Assembly: GCA_963663275.1 (NCBI GenBank) | Contig: OY760183.1 | Location: 1,600,001-1,664,000, forward strand | Reading direction: 5' to 3' | Source of the DNA: Chloroflexota bacterium | GTDB lineage: Bacteria > Chloroflexota > UBA11872 > VXOZ01 | DNA length: 64,000 nucleotides | Shown here: positions 63,261-64,000 of the stretch, piece after piece | Layout of the letters: every line of letters starts with the position of its first letter | Numbering within the stretch: the first letter of the stretch is position 1 | Position numbers and translations under genes: made by a program | The notes under the pieces: generated by a model | Told to the model about the DNA's origin: nothing | Databases searched by the model: none | What the model saw: the letters and a program-made list of their open reading frames with translations, nothing else

Positions 63261-63469
63261 CGCTTTCTTGAGGTCAGTGTGATGGGGCCGACGAGGGCCT
63301 GTGGCTACGATAGCAGACCGAGAGGGTGTTTCCAAAGCGAATGTCGCGCGCCGGGGGTCGTGTCGCGGCTTGGCGCGGCGGTCTATCGTACAATGGATAC
63401 CGACAGGGGTTGCGCGTCCTTGTGCGGTTGCTGGATTCGCGCGGAGTGCCGGAGGCAGGGTGAAGCGCG

Positions 63470-64000
63470 GTGATTATCTACACGGATCACGATGAGGAAC
63501 GCCTCTACCCGGAGGAAGAGAAGATCGCCGACGAGCGGGCGGAGTTCGAACGCGACCGCGCCCGCATCATCCACAGCGCCGCTTTCCGGCGGTTGCAGGG
63601 CAAGACGCAGGTCTTCGGCGTGCGCTACGGCGACTTCTTTCGCACGCGGCTCACGCATTCGCTGGAGGTGGCGCAGATCGGCAAGGCGCTGGCGTTGCGG
63701 TTAGGGGCGGATCCGACCTTGGTCGAGGCGATTTGCCTGGCGCACGACATCGGCCATCCGCCGTTCGGCCACCACGGGGAACAGGCACTGCGGTCGCGCA
63801 TGGCGGCGCTCGGCAATTTCGAGGCGAACGCCCAGAATCTGCGGGTGCTGACGCAGCTTGAGGTGAAGTCGGACCGGTACGCCGGGCTCAATCTGACGCG
63901 GGGGGCGCTGGACGGACTGCTGAAGTATAAGGCGCTGTATGAAATTCCAAGTGGCGCGGGCGCGCTTGGCCAAGCGAACCCTCACCCTAACCCTCTCCCT
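63470..64000 (+). CDS. dgt: dGTP triphosphohydrolase (HD domain), 3'-truncated; absent from the ORF track
   Basis: From GTG 63470: [54 protein letters not shown]; frame open to the window end. Confidence 0.92.
   Translation, partial: MIIYTDHDEERLYPEEEKIADERAEFERDRARIIHSAAFRRLQGKTQVFGVRYGDFFRTRLTHSLEVAQIGKALALRLGADPTLVEAICLAHDIGHPPFGHHGEQALRSRMAALGNFEANAQNLRVLTQLEVKSDRYAGLNLTRGALDGLLKYKALYEIPSGAGALGQANPHPNPLP
63979..64000. repeat. Start of a family-A palindrome inside the dgt reading frame
   Basis: ccctcaccctaaccctctccct, translated as PHPNPLP. Confidence 0.8.

Overview
GC-rich bacterial chromosomal window. Gene content suggests Chloroflexota (inference: Tat-lipoprotein sugar-binding protein, TM-anchored peptide-binding protein next to secG, C39/TPR peptidase, MacB-type ATPase with an AbrB tail). 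In order it contains: the 3' end of an IS481-family element; a MacAB/FtsX-type ABC exporter operon with a very long adaptor; HU; a PLD-family lipoprotein; an Rrf2-sufCBD-Rieske-sufS-sufU operon; tRNA-Sec (selC); hisI/hisE; pepA; a ClpC-like ATPase; comF; a MoxR-DUF58-VWA operon; acs; sod; uncharacterised catabolic enzymes; cinA-like; secG; a Kelch plus metallophosphoesterase pair; and the start of dgt. The most striking signal is non-genic. Roughly 50 short palindromic repeats (hand count) from about 7 REP-like families fill almost every intergenic gap. One arm of a palindrome plus its flank is repeatedly amplified into fixed-period, substitution-degenerate tandem arrays. One family is also inserted in frame inside two protein-coding genes. 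No CRISPR-Cas, prophage or REP transposase gene is visible. Product calls come from motif recognition by eye; no database searches were run.
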